This document shows, one piece after another, positions 1 to 12,417 of a DNA stretch of 56,318 nucleotides (position 1 is its first letter; each line of letters starts with the position of its first letter). Origin of the DNA: Octopus bimaculoides (lineage: Eukaryota); assembly GCF_001194135.2 (NCBI RefSeq), contig NC_068982.1:31522322-31578639 (forward strand), in the 5' to 3' direction. Below the pieces are notes generated by a model. The model had not been told where the DNA came from. It saw only the letters and a program-made list of their open reading frames with translations, and searched no databases. The position numbers and the translations under genes are program-made.

Positions 1-1509
1 ATATATATATATATATAAGTACTGATCTAGCCAGTAGAGTAGCATTATTAGGAAGTAATAACAATGCAAACGAAGAGCATTATGGATGGTCAGCGGTGTA
101 AAACAACATTCGATAGTCTGGTCCTTACTGTGATTCAGAAATTGTATTATATTTGACTATAATGTTATTGGTTTGTTATTAACAATAACTCGTCACCCGA
201 CATTGGACATTCATGCATTTCCAAAGTGTTTGTCTTAACAACACTAGAACTATTTGAGTCGACAACGAAAAGTTTTTCTGCAAGTATAAGAAGACTTTGC
301 GAATGAAGAATATTAGCAGTCACAAGTTATACTATAAGACATTTTGCTATTAGATATGAAATATGACCTTATTTAGCAATAATAATTGTTTACCTTAATC
401 AATTAGCTGTTCTGTAATGTATTCTTCCTTAAGTACTGCATACTTGCAAATATTCACAAGAAACCTCATTATAGCAGAATCAAAATGTAAATATTTATTC
501 TCTCCGATGTGGCTTGAAAGTTTCTGTGGGCTATTTCACTTGGTTGTTATGTCACTTCATAAGTGATTTAACTGTGAAATATAGTTGCTGGTGTGTCTTG
601 AATCACATGTGGTTGTCTTCATGTGTGTATATGAATTAGCCTACAAACACACACACGCACACACATACACATACACACACATACACACACATGCACACAC
701 GCTTATGTACGTTTGCACACGCAAAAATATATAAATCATATAAATCTACAGATGTGTATACACATACACATTTAACGATTTCAGAGATGTATGGGCATAT
801 ATTTTCAAAATTTCTTTTCAATATGTATGTAGATGACACATGTACATTCCTGCTTCGTGTCGTCGTTAGGCGAGAGAGATTGTTTATATTGTATTGATTT
901 GTATTAGTCAAATTGATACTTAATGAAACTAAAATTAAATATTTGCCTTGGCTACATTTAACAAGACTCCAGGCTACAAAATACAGTGAAATATCACAAA
1001 ATTTTGCGTTTACAATTTGCCACCAAACTCACAAAATCTTCAATTAAAACACTGTTTCCTAAAATATTTTGGCACATGTTCAGAATTTCAGTTTTCTGTG
1101 TGTTTATGCATGCATGTGTACACGCACGCGTGAGTTTGTAAATGTAATTTTTATCAACATATCTGCCTTCAAGTTAAATATTATTACTTTTCCTAACTGC
1201 AGTATAGTATGCTTCTGAACTCTTAAGAATCGACTTACAAATTTTCTATGATTAGAAACGAACACCCTATTTGATGAAATAAAATTAAGCATTTGCTTAT
1301 TGTGTTTATACTCTCTGAGATTTTCTTTATTCTTTTGTGTTTAAGTATCCCTTTAGAGGTTATATTTAAAAATTTTGACGGTTATAAATCTCCAATTAAA
1401 CAGTATATTACTATATTTGCTCGCAAGTAATCTGGCATTACACAAAAACAAGGCTTAGAAGCTTTACATTCATATTATAAATAATCCTTTCAATTACAAG
1501 CATGATCCC

Positions 1510-1691
1510 TGAAATTTGTGTTTAGGGGCTAGACGATTATGTCAATCCTGGTGCTTAACTGGTGCTTACGTGATCGTTCCCGAAATGATGAAACGCAAAG
1601 TCAACATCGGTGGAACATTAGATCAGAAACTAAAGACAAATGAAATGCTTTTTTAATACTTTGTCCAGTGTGTTAACGATTCTGCTAGCCT
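1510..1691 (-). mobile_element. SINE family B (short tRNA-headed SINE), decayed copy
   Basis: The reverse complement follows the same head-core order as the better copies at 10957 and 52395 (GGCTAGCAGAATCGTTAACAC...TTCATCATTTCGGGAACGATCACGTAAGCACCAGTTAAGCACCAGGATTGAC). Confidence 0.7.
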
Positions 1692-2215
1692 ATTACTTCC
1701 TCTCTTCAAATAATAAAAGAACCTCAAAGTTCAGGTGAGATCTGTAATGAAAAACGGCTCCAATACTTTAGGCGTTGCTGTTGCTCTACAGTAGAACATA
1801 GTAGAACATATCCAGTAAAGATTGCTAGGTGATTCATATGAAAACCACCGCATTCCCTTTCTCACACATAGACTGCTCTTCTTTACATTACCTCATACTC
1901 TGAGTGCTGTGTGCCAGCACCGAGGCACACCAGGCTCACTCTCCTCTACTATTGTTGTCAAAATACTGCGTTCTCTCACTCAATATACACTATGCTGTAC
2001 CCCATTTTCATTGCTTCCCCTCCAAAATATCGGTCTTCTAATAATCGCTCCCTAATCAAGCTATTTCTGTTGCCGTCAACTTCTTTTTCTTTTTAAGTGT
2101 GCATATCATGACCATCGCAGGTTATGACGTAGACTCTTCCGTAAAACTAATCTGAAAAAAAAAATACATAATATTTTCAATAGGAATGTCAGTTTAAATA
2201 CATCAAATAAATATT

Positions 2216-2407
2216 GGTTTCAAATGTTAGCACAAGACCAGCAAATTGGAGCGATGGGGTAAGTCGACTACATCGGCCCCTGGTACTTTTCAACCTCAAA
2301 AGTATGAAAGGCAAAATCCACTTGGCGGCATTCGAACATAAAGTGGGGCGAAATGCTGCAAAGCACTTTTGTCTGGCGTACTAATGATTCTTCCTGCTCA
2401 CCGCATT
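2216..2407 (-). mobile_element. SINE family B, decayed copy with TSD
   Basis: Reverse complement: GCGGTGAGCAGGAAGAATCATTAGTACGCC...GGGGCCGATGTAGTCGACTTACCCC...GCTGGTCTTGTGCTAACATTTGAAACC. Identical AAATAAATATT flanks at 2205-2215 and 2413-2423. Confidence 0.8.
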
Positions 2408-3950
2408 GCGATAAATAAATATTAGTCATGTCATGTAATCAATTTAAATAGTCTTTCAAATGAAGTTTGCCGATGAGTTTTGCTGTGAGCTTTGGATGTG
2501 AATGGAACAAGAGGTCATTGTGGTTAACAATTCCTTATAGCTCGCTTCCTGAGCGTATCTAAGAACCCATTTTCTGCCTTCATTAGCAATTGTAAGCAAA
2601 TATATTTGATGCAAATAGATTGTTGATGTGCGTAAAAATGCACAGAAGCATGCAGTCTAGAACATAAACACGCACAAAGACATTTGCCCAGTTATATGTA
2701 ATACTCACATCTGAGCATTTGCCGTATCGTCTGGTAGTCCAGGATTTATATCAACTTAGATTATGTTCAGCGTTCCACATAAGAAACACAGCTGTAGAAC
2801 TTTAGGCACACTTCACTCCACGGAGATTTTACGCTGACGAATGTTTTTTTTTTTTTTAAATAACTAAGCTATGTCTGAGCGTACTAATAAGAAAAGCCAG
2901 TCATTTGATGACATCGACATTCAGTTCTTCGAAAACTTCTATAAATCAAGAGATTTATAGAATCTTTAATGGCAGCTCTTACTTCAATTGCCTTCTGACA
3001 TGTTTTACTTATACGCTTTAAATCTACTGACTTCCTAGTAATACCCAAGATGTTTATGATTCTAGTTGTGTGATTATTGTGTCCCAATAAATGAATCGTA
3101 TTTCATCCGCTTCCTTTATGACTTACCAGTTATTGGCTATAATTGGCAATTCACATTAATAGCAAATCAAAAAGATTTATAATAAAAGGACTACAGCATT
3201 ATTAATCATAATAGAAATATTCTAGACTACTGACATATGACATTTCATGTTTCACATGATTAATTTTTGTTCAGTCCTATTTCTACATATGCCGGCACAC
3301 ACACATATACATATATGCACACACATGAACACATACACAGACAATAACACACCTATATATACATAGACACATACCGACAGGTTAAAACCTTTATTGAAAT
3401 GTAGTGTAGAACCTGAACTGATGGGCGGGGATGGACGTTACCGAAGGAAGCATAATATAAAGAATAAAATATAACAAGACAGGTAAGGTAAATAGCTGAA
3501 AAATACAATCGTTAACGATGCAAATTTTTACTGAGTATCGACACATAATATCCCTAGAATGATTCGGATATAAGCCACAATTTGAAGTTGAGATTATGCT
3601 TGGAAGATCCAGTTATCGAAAAACAAAAATCTTTTGACGGAAATCATCTTCATGTACGTGAACAATGAAATACACAAATTTGTTTCAGAATTCTATAATC
3701 CTACAAGTATAAAGGTTAATGGGGATGAGTAAATTCTCAGTGTACTCTTTTAATCATTGATAATCTGCATAGACTAGGAAGCTTATCAATCTGCATTTAA
3801 TTATATAATTGACCGTAATATTTGATACCACATACCTTACATGTAGCAAACATCAAAATCTACACTATTTGAAGCATAGTCTTTTTCCATATACAGGGCA
3901 ACGTTATTGATTTCCTTGCACTTCTCTAAAGTGAGAGAACACTGGCTATT

Positions 3951-4018
3951 ATTACATACATACATACATACATACATTTCTCTATCTATCTATCTATCTA
4001 TCTATATATATATATATC

Positions 4019-4083
<65 letters not shown>

Positions 4084-4192
4084 NNNNNNNNNNNNNNNNN
4101 NNNNNNNNNNNNNNNNNNNNNNNNNNNNNNNNNNNNNNNNNNNNNNNNNNNNNNNNNNNNNNNNNNNNNNNNNNNNNNNNNNNNNNNNNNNN

Positions 4193-4222
<30 letters not shown>
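3951..4222. repeat. Compound microsatellite (TACA)n(TCTA)n(TC)n(TA)n around assembly gap 4084-4192
   Basis: Read directly from the sequence. Confidence 0.97.
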
Positions 4223-4223
<1 letters not shown>

Positions 4224-4344
4224 TATATGTCGATTAATGTGTTCAAGTGTTGAGTAAAGCACTGGCGCAGTATAGGTTACCTGGTGTCATCCGCAGTCTG
4301 TGTATATTTCTGTTGGATCTACCTCAGGAAATCCGCAGTGTTAT

Positions 4345-4766
4345 CCTTGTATTTGTTTCAGTCATTTGACTGCGGCCATGCTGGAGCACCGCCTTTAACT
4401 GTACAAATTGACTCCAGGTTATATTCTTTGCCAGCCTAGTACTTATTCTATCGGTCCTTTTGCTGAACTGCTAAGTTACGGAGACAGAATCATACCAGCA
4501 TCGGTTGTCAAGTGATGGTAGGGCGATAAATACGGATTACGCAAACACACGCACGCACACATACACACACACACACACACACATATGTATATACATATAC
4601 GACAGGCTTATTTCAGTTTTCGTTTACCAAATCCACTCACAAGGCTTTGGTCGGTCCGAGGTTAAAGTATAAGACACTTGCCCAAGGTGCCACGCAGTGG
4701 GATGTCTGAACCCAGAATCATGTGGTTAGTAAGGAAGCTACTTACCACACACCAACTCCTGTGCCT
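4345..4766 (-). mobile_element. SINE family A (~410 nt, tRNA-like head, internal (CA)n), full length
   Basis: Colinear reverse complement of the copy at 39859-40282. Shared blocks include CTTGGGCAAGTGTCTT, CCAAAGCCTTGTGAGTGGATTTGGTA, GATAGAATAAGTACTAGG and GCTCCAGCATGGCCGCAGTCAAATGACTGAAACA. Confidence 0.93.
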
Positions 4767-5718
4767 ATGTTAGTTGAAATAATAATAGTAGTTTCTTCAG
4801 TAACCAGAAGATGGATTTGGTATTAATATTTATTTTGTACCACGGTCTTTTCAACCCACTCTGCTACTACCCCTTAATGGTCGGAACTCCGTTCAACATG
4901 TGTTGCATCTATATGGGTGTGTAGGTTAACGTCCCTTGTATGAGTGTATATACAAACGGGTATGTGCGCGAATGTGTGTATACACATCCCGACCTAAGCT
5001 AGCTAGCTAAACAATCTTTCGTCCCCTAGACATTCAAGCCCGCATATATATCTTTCCTTTCCTTTTTCTTGCACCATTTCCTTGTCCTAAACCCGATGTA
5101 ACTCAATTCATCCCTATCCATCCATTCACTTCCCTTATAATTTTTTTTTCCTCAACACTTATTTGCTTATATTTACAAATGTTTGCAATTCTTATTATAG
5201 AAAGATAATAGTAGTTGAAAATTGTAGCAATGTTTCAGTTCCTAACGAGACGGGTATATAACAACATGGCATTCAAAACTCAGGATCTTTAGTAAGACAC
5301 AACGTTATGTATGGATGTACTTAATGAGACCCAGACTGCAAAATGTTGAACGGTGCCCCAATAATGAAGGACACTAGCAGGATGGATCGAAACGACCGTT
5401 CTACAATTCTGGTTACTTAAGAAATTAGAATATAGTAGCGTTCGTATCCACTATAACATGGCTATTCCGTTCGAAAATACTTTACTGCGGTTTTTTTTTT
5501 TACACCAGGAGGACATCTCTTGGAGTTAAAAAATCGCACTAAAGTCCGTTCGAATGGAACAGCCATGTTGAAGTGGCTACAAACATTCCTTGCTAGTACA
5601 ATTACTGCATTGATCTCTTAGACAGATTATAGAACTAGCTATATTTGCTTAGTTACATATATATTGCGTGTTCGTGTGTGTGTATGTATGAATGTATGTA
5701 TGTATATATACATATGTA

Positions 5719-5964
5719 TGTCTTCGTCTTTTGTTTTGTTTTGTTTATAAATTCCAAGTAAGGTATGTATTATGATTGACCGTTGACTGAACACTATTCA
5801 ATTTTTTTTCTCCGTGTTTTTCTCCTTGTCTCCGTATTCTTTCTGTTGAAGAGCGTAGCTCGAAACGTCAAAGACTTTCCGTATTCCCGAGCGTCATACT
5901 AATATATACTTTTGTTATTTACACCACCTGTCCTCGTCTGTTGTTATTATTTGTATATTCTCCC

Positions 5965-5965
<1 letters not shown>
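5719..5965 (+). mobile_element. Small non-autonomous hammerhead-bearing repeat (Penelope pseudo-LTR/retrozyme-like), copy 1
   Basis: Homologous to 31995-32210 (-). Contains a hammerhead fold at 5838-5874. Imperfect terminal direct repeat at 5719-5754 and 5929-5960. Flanked by (TA)/(TATG) microsatellite. Confidence 0.75.
5838..5874 (+). ncRNA. Putative minimal type I hammerhead ribozyme (variant core CUGUUGAA)
   Basis: Helix I UCUUU(5838-42)/AAAGA(5870-74); core CUGUUGAA; helix II GAGC-gua-GCUC; GAAAC-GU-C with a palindromic ACGU helix III. Predicted cut after GUC at 5869. A6 is replaced by U. Confidence 0.6.
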
Positions 5966-5995
<30 letters not shown>

Positions 5996-8044
5996 GGCAA
6001 ACAGATAGATAGATAGATAGAAACATACATACATACATACATACATACATACATACATAGAGGTGAGTAAACATGCCTCAAGCTCCTTGGAAGATTAGAG
6101 ATTATGTGTTCTTTCAGATTAAAGTAAATAAATGGCTCGTGTTCTTCGCGACTGGCGCCGGTGATGAAAAAGAATAATCTGAAGGACTAATCCGGAACTA
6201 ACCTACTATTAGGAGGAAATAATATTTGATTGTCTGTAGACAATAGAACGGTTGGGTGTAGATTCACGTTTCTGAACGATAACTAGCATCAGCACAGCAA
6301 TTCACCTCTTAGACACTAGCGCCCGCGCGATATATACAGGTATAAATCGTTTATAGCATATAGAAACTTTAATAATAGCATGGCCTTAACAAATTGAAAT
6401 AAGAGAATTTTGAAATTGTTATAATTCATGTTGGGGGAAGTTGGTAAAGTGTATATATTGATATTACTATTTGTGTTTGCAAGGGTCTGCCTGCTTTTTA
6501 GCTTCTCTTTGGCACGCATATTTTATGAGAGAGTTATTGTCGATGGCAAAAGCTTAATTTGCCCTGCTGTGTGGATTTACATATTTTGTGGTAAAATATT
6601 ATTCCAGATTAAATAAATTTAATCGTGTCGATACTCAGATAAATCCACACAATTCACTGTTCATTTATATGCTATACAATTAATCCACGTGGTGTGTTAA
6701 GGTGTAGGGATAAATGTATTTTGATTGAATGTTTCATGAAGTTCAAGCGAAACGAAATGTAGGCAATATAGGTGGAAAACATACTTTCTGTAGCACAGTT
6801 ATTCTATAAAAAAAATGGAAAGTCACCAATTTAACAAAAGTCGATATGTGTCACTAATGTAACAAAGTACAGAAAGTCAACATTTACTTGGAACCTGTAC
6901 TAAATGTCATAAAATTTACGATTGAATGAATGTCAATGTTAAGAAAGTGCAAGTCCATGAAAATTCAGAAGGCATGATTCAGTTTTATAAGCAAAAATAA
7001 TTTATTTTACAATTTTGAAACGAATATTTTATTTTACAATGTTGAAACAAAGTGAATAAAAATAAAGATGCTGTTTTTGAACTGTGTAACATTATAGGCT
7101 GTAGAATAAATGCTGAGTAATGCAGTACAACGGTTGTACAACGTTGATACTCACAGTGATGAAGAATACAAGGACCGTTAGAAAAACATTAACTTGAAAC
7201 TGGTTAAAATGAGTGGAATAACATTTCTGTAAGTATATTGAAAGAGCTGCTGAGGCTTTCTACTTCGCCAAAGTTCAGAATTTGTTATGATAATCAGAAT
7301 AATATTCTTTTCAGATATATTTTCAAGTATTGTGAGTGGTATTAAATCAGTCAAATCTTCATGTTGGTAGTACTTGAAAGTCAACGTTGTTGTTTTTTGA
7401 AGCCCAAGCGGCAAGTGAAGTTTCAGTATCCTTGCATTTCACTGTTGGCGGGAGAGGAAGTTACATACATAAACTAAGAGACACACACGTACATTAACAC
7501 ACACGTGAAGCCTATCTCTGTCCCTGTAGGGGTTTATCTCTGTCTTTAGATGCGTGTGTATGTATGTATGTGATTGTGTGTCAGTCGACACAAAAATGTA
7601 TGTATACTGACAGATACATACACCGTCACACACATACTTATCAGTCATCGGCCTAACGTAGGTAACGAACGTGCGAACACACACATATAGAAAATGTGAC
7701 GTCATCGTCATTATAGTGGTGATATAAAATGTCGATAGGTGACTAAAAGAAAAATGATAATGATAATTTTTATAAAGCAAATATGTGAATGAAAATATAG
7801 TTTAGTTGGTAGCCAAAAGCTTACTTAATCTTTTGATAGCCCTTACGTTAAAATCGGCAACTCGGTTTTGGAACACATAAGGAACATACGCACACACACA
7901 CACATACATACAAACTCTCTCTCTTATACATATAAATATATATATATATGTGTATGTGTGTGTGTGTGTATGTGTGTGCGTGTGTGTATGTGTGTGTGTG
8001 TATGTATATATGTATATGTGAGTGTGTGTGTCTTTCTGACTGCA

Positions 8045-8230
8045 TCTGTGTCCCATCACCGCTTCACAACTAGTCTTGCTGTATTTATGTCCCCTTAACT
8101 TAGCGATTTGGCATAAGGGACGAATAGAATAAGTATTACGAATAAGTATTACGCTTTAAAAGAAGGTCTAGAGTCGATTTGTTCGACTGAAACCCTCCAT
8201 GGCAGTGCCCCAGCAAGGCTGCAATCAATC
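8045..8230 (+). mobile_element. SINE family A, 3' half, decayed
   Basis: ACCGCTTCACAAC...TATGTCCCCTTAACTTAGCG...GAATAGAATAAGTA...GTCGATTTGTTCGACT...GTGCCCCAGCAAGGCTGCA matches the 3' half of 39859-40282. Internal duplication of GAATAAGTATTAC. Confidence 0.75.
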
Positions 8231-8699
8231 AAAATTATACTGTTAAAAACTATTTCAATTAACAGTTCTTAAATTAAGTAGCTGGTATCAATTATTTAAT
8301 GTTTAAAGTCAGTAAAATGAAAGGCTTTACCTGACACCAAATTGTTTTAGTTCACATATTTCTGGGAATAATTAGCTTTTAATCCTTTCAAACTGATACG
8401 ATATATGTGCAAATAACGTGTTAGGAAAATAGATTAATATAATGACTTATAAATATAACTGTGCGCTATCGGAAAATGATTATACGATCATATAGATTGC
8501 CTTTATTCAGCTTATCTACCAATATCCACATAGAATTTAATCAATTTTCTTCTTGTGCATTGTTTTCAACAGTCCACGAGCCAGTATGAATGACCAAATT
8601 GCATAACTACAACAGTATTACCACCATGATATAAATTGCTATATCATTCAATTATATAACAATGTAATATGTATGCATCAGCATGCACTATGTTCTTAT

Positions 8700-8780
8700 T
8701 GTTGTTGTTTTTATCCCAGGTCAAGCCTGATCAAGGACACCTATGACCTAAAGCATTCCTGTTGTAATCATCACATCTCT
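8700..8780 (-). mobile_element. Probable 3' tail fragment of a non-LTR retroelement ending in (AAC)n
   Basis: The reverse complement ends CTTTAGGTCATAGGTGTCCTTGATCAGGCTTGACCTGGGATAAAAACAACAACAA, a hairpin-capable tail plus short tandem repeat. The family resemblance is from memory only. Confidence 0.4.
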
Positions 8781-9577
8781 TGTAAAGTATAAGATTATAT
8801 TTATAAGATAGAATGAGATATAGTTGAGTGTCATCTGATTGCAACTTAAAGCAGATCAAGCGACAATTTGGAGACCCTCTCAGTGGATTGTGCTTCTTCA
8901 AGTAAATTTCGGTGTAGGATTTAAGCTTAAAGCAAAAGTGAATGATCGATATTAGTCCATCAATTTCGCTGGTAGAACAGAGAACCAATTACTCTCACGT
9001 TAACCGTTAATGACTACGTAAATAAGAATTCGCATGTTACGTATCATTATAGGTTTGAACATATCAACGTGTTAATGCTGACCATAAGAAAAACTATTCT
9101 TTTATATTTCAGTCAACATGAAATAATTAGGAACTTGTTACATATATTACAAAATCCACTTAGATTTGGCAGAACATTTTCAGCTCCAAATGAATGGCTT
9201 ACAGTATTTCATATCAAAATCTGCTACTTCTGAAATTAAATTTAGCATTTTTAATTTTGGCAGCGTGAAAGTAAATTCTATTCCGATAATGAGGTTCATT
9301 GAAAGGAATGCTGCACATTTTTTTGAAATGATGCGATCGTAGGTGTATATAAAATTCAATAATTCTAATGAGAAAAATACGATATATGTTTGTGTGTGTA
9401 TGTGTGTGTTTGTGTGTGTTTGTATGTGTTTGTATGTCTTCGTGTATGAATGTGTGTATATCTGTGTATAGGTATCCCCCTCTCCTTCTCTCTTACTCTC
9501 TCTTTATAAATGCAAACACACANNNNNNNNNNNNNNNNNNNNNNNNNNNNNNNNNNNNNNNNNNNNNNNNNNNNNNN

Positions 9578-9656
<79 letters not shown>

Positions 9657-10703
9657 AGACATAGATTACTAGTTAAACAGATACAGAGATAGACTGAGAA
9701 AGAGAGACAGACAGACAGATACTAAATTACATTAAACGTTTGTGGCCTAAGTGGGTGTTAAACCGAACGGATCCCTAAATGAGGGATACATTTAGACATT
9801 AAGTAAACAGGAAGGTCAAGTAGATGTCATGGAATTCAGAAACTTCAGAGGTTGTAACAGATTAAGTGACCTTTTCCCCCGCAAAAAGTCAATTTGTTTA
9901 TAGCAATGTTCATAGATTCGGCGAATATACTGAAGGTCAGCACTCTTAAGAGAAGTATTGTTAAAGGTGGTGAGGATGCTGTCGAGAGCAGTGGGTCTGG
10001 CAGTCAAGTTAAATGATTTGGAAGCATGATTAAAGGTTATTACTACAGTGATTGTGTCTATTGTATGTACCAGTATCGATGCTGTGGTCTTGATAATGCT
10101 GGAAAACTGTGGTGATATTATATACCACCATGATTTTATGCACACAGTATATACAGTGCGGCATGATATCATAGTAGTGGCATCAATATTTTACAAAACA
10201 TCGCTTCATGGGAACGAGTTCTCTTTAGTTATGGTTCAAATGGCAGTCCAAAACAGGATAATGTAGTGTTGGTGACAGACAAGAAAGTATTGAGAGTATA
10301 GTTGTTTCTGTTGGTAATTGTAATAATGATGACTTTGACAGATATGGTCCTGTTTGTGGTAGAAGAAATAATATTAATCTTCAAGTTATAAGTAGAAATT
10401 AATTATTTAAAAAGGGCGCAGTTGACTTACTAGAAAACAAAATTGAATCTCCACTAACTATAGAGTCTCTCGTCGAAGTACGCTTACAATTGTAAATTCA
10501 AATGGGCATCAACTTCTATATTTCATTGCAGATTCTTATTCAATTTATCTTATGGAGATTGAAAATCATCGTTTGTCTCAAGAGATCTGAAACAAACATT
10601 TTAAAATACACTTTCACTTTTAGTTCAGTGCATCAACTTTGCACACATGTCACTTTTTTAAAATATTAGCTAGAACATTAAATAATATTTATAAATAGTC
10701 TTT

Positions 10704-10936
10704 AAGGTAGCGCGCTGGCAGAATCGTTAGCACGCCGGGCGAAATGCTTAGCGGTATTTCGACTGTTTTTATGTTCTGAGATCAAATTTCACCGAGGTGG
10801 ACTTTGCCTTCCATCCTTTCGGGTTCGATTAAATAAGTACCAGTTACACACTGAGGTCGATGTAATCGACTTAATCCCTTTGACTGTCCTTGTTTGTCCC
10901 TTCTATGTTTAACCTCTTGTGGGCAATAAAGAAAGA
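10704..10936 (+). mobile_element. SINE family B, tail type i, with 20-bp TSD
   Basis: Head AAGGTAGCGCGCTGGCAGAATCGTTAGCACGCCGGGCGAAATGC; core GCCTTCCATCCTTTCGGGTTCGATTAAATAAGTACCAG. Identical AATATTTATAAATAGTCTTT at 10684-10703 and 10937-10956. Confidence 0.93.
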
Positions 10937-10956
10937 AATATTTATAAATAGTCTTT

Positions 10957-11169
10957 AAGGTGGCAAGCTGGCAGATTCGTTAGCAGGCCGGTTAAAATCC
11001 TTAACGACATTTCGTCCGTCTTTACGTTCTGAGTTCAAATTACGTAGAGGTTGACTTTCCTTTCATCCCTTCGGAGACGATGAAATAAGTACCAGTTGAA
11101 CACTTGGTATGATGTAATCGACTTTCTCCCGCCCCTGCATTTGCTGGCGTAGAGCCAAAATTTGAAATT
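10957..11169 (+). mobile_element. SINE family B, tail type ii
   Basis: Head AAGGTGGCAAGCTGGCAGATTCGTTAGC; B-box-like GAGTTCAAAT; core TTTCATCCCTTCGGAGACGATGAAATAAGTACCAG; tail GCTGGCGTAGAGCCAAAATTTGAAA, then AATATTTATAATAG. Confidence 0.92.
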
Positions 11170-12055
11170 AATATTTATAATAGCATAATTAATGTTGATA
11201 ACATCCAAAAGCCGATCGAAACACTGATATTATTGTTAATGTTTCACTCGTAATTATATCACTAAGATCAGTAAAGTCTACACGTCTCTGGGGAGGTTTA
11301 ATAAGACCGAAACGTCTCCGAGTTCATTCCATATTTGCTGAAAAGATCAAAATATTACTAATCGATTATACGATTTTCTATTATTAAACACATAACTATT
11401 TGCATATAACTTTTAAATGAGCACTGCATATATGGTGAATCTAAGTAATGTGCTTTTTTAATGTATATAAGGACCACTATGTCAGCAGAGAGCAATTCGA
11501 ATTATCTAGTTTGAGCTTGATTAACGGTGATAAAGCTGACGGGAGACAGATTCTGGTGAATATGGATAGGGTGATATCGACTTTCAATAAACGGATGAGG
11601 TTGAAATTTTTAGTGTGATCGATAAATCATAACTAGTGTGAATATGTGCTACATGAAAGGGGAATAATAAAGAGACTTACAAACCTTATACGCTTGATTC
11701 AAAAGAGATGGGGGATATATGGCAAATTCAACACAGATACAAAAGTCGGCTCATTTCGCTCCAATGAACACCCCAGCCAAATCTTGTCATAAGAGGTTGA
11801 ATGGTTGAGAAACTGAATGACTATCAATGACAATAAATATTTTTTTTAATTATTTATGATTATGTATTTTTCTTTTAGGTTATATCACTGTTGCATTCTG
11901 TTTTGTGCGAATTGTTGTTTAGCCCTACGTGAACCCTAATGGAACAGATTTATAATCAAACGCATTTTATTTGTTTTATTCTTACTCACACACACACTCC
12001 TCTCTCCCTCACACACACACAGGTACACTCACACACAAACACACACACGCATATA

Positions 12056-12162
<107 letters not shown>

Positions 12163-12166
12163 ATAA

Positions 12167-12354
12167 TTCTATATTTAAGAGGCGAGGAATTATGTACATT
12201 ATTTATATTATTTACATTTGATGGATATTTGTCCTCATCTTGTTTATTGTTAACACAACGTTTCGGCTGATATACACTCCAGCCTTCATCAGGTGTCTTG
12301 GGGAAATTTCGAACCTAGGTTCTCATTCCTAAGGTATTTTTTCGATGTTGTTGC

Positions 12355-12417
<63 letters not shown>

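Noticed and set aside
5362-5400. TAATGAAGGAC...GATCGAAACGACCGTT as a hammerhead
   Set aside because: The core lacks CUG, helix II pairs poorly and there is no helix I. Similar partial motifs near 37905-37930 (minus), 50024-50044 and 55055-55080 (minus) were dropped for the same reasons.
9816-10330. 118-aa minus ORF and overlapping plus ORFs
   Set aside because: The sequence looks like decayed GAT/GGT/GTA low-complexity DNA; no recognisable domain.
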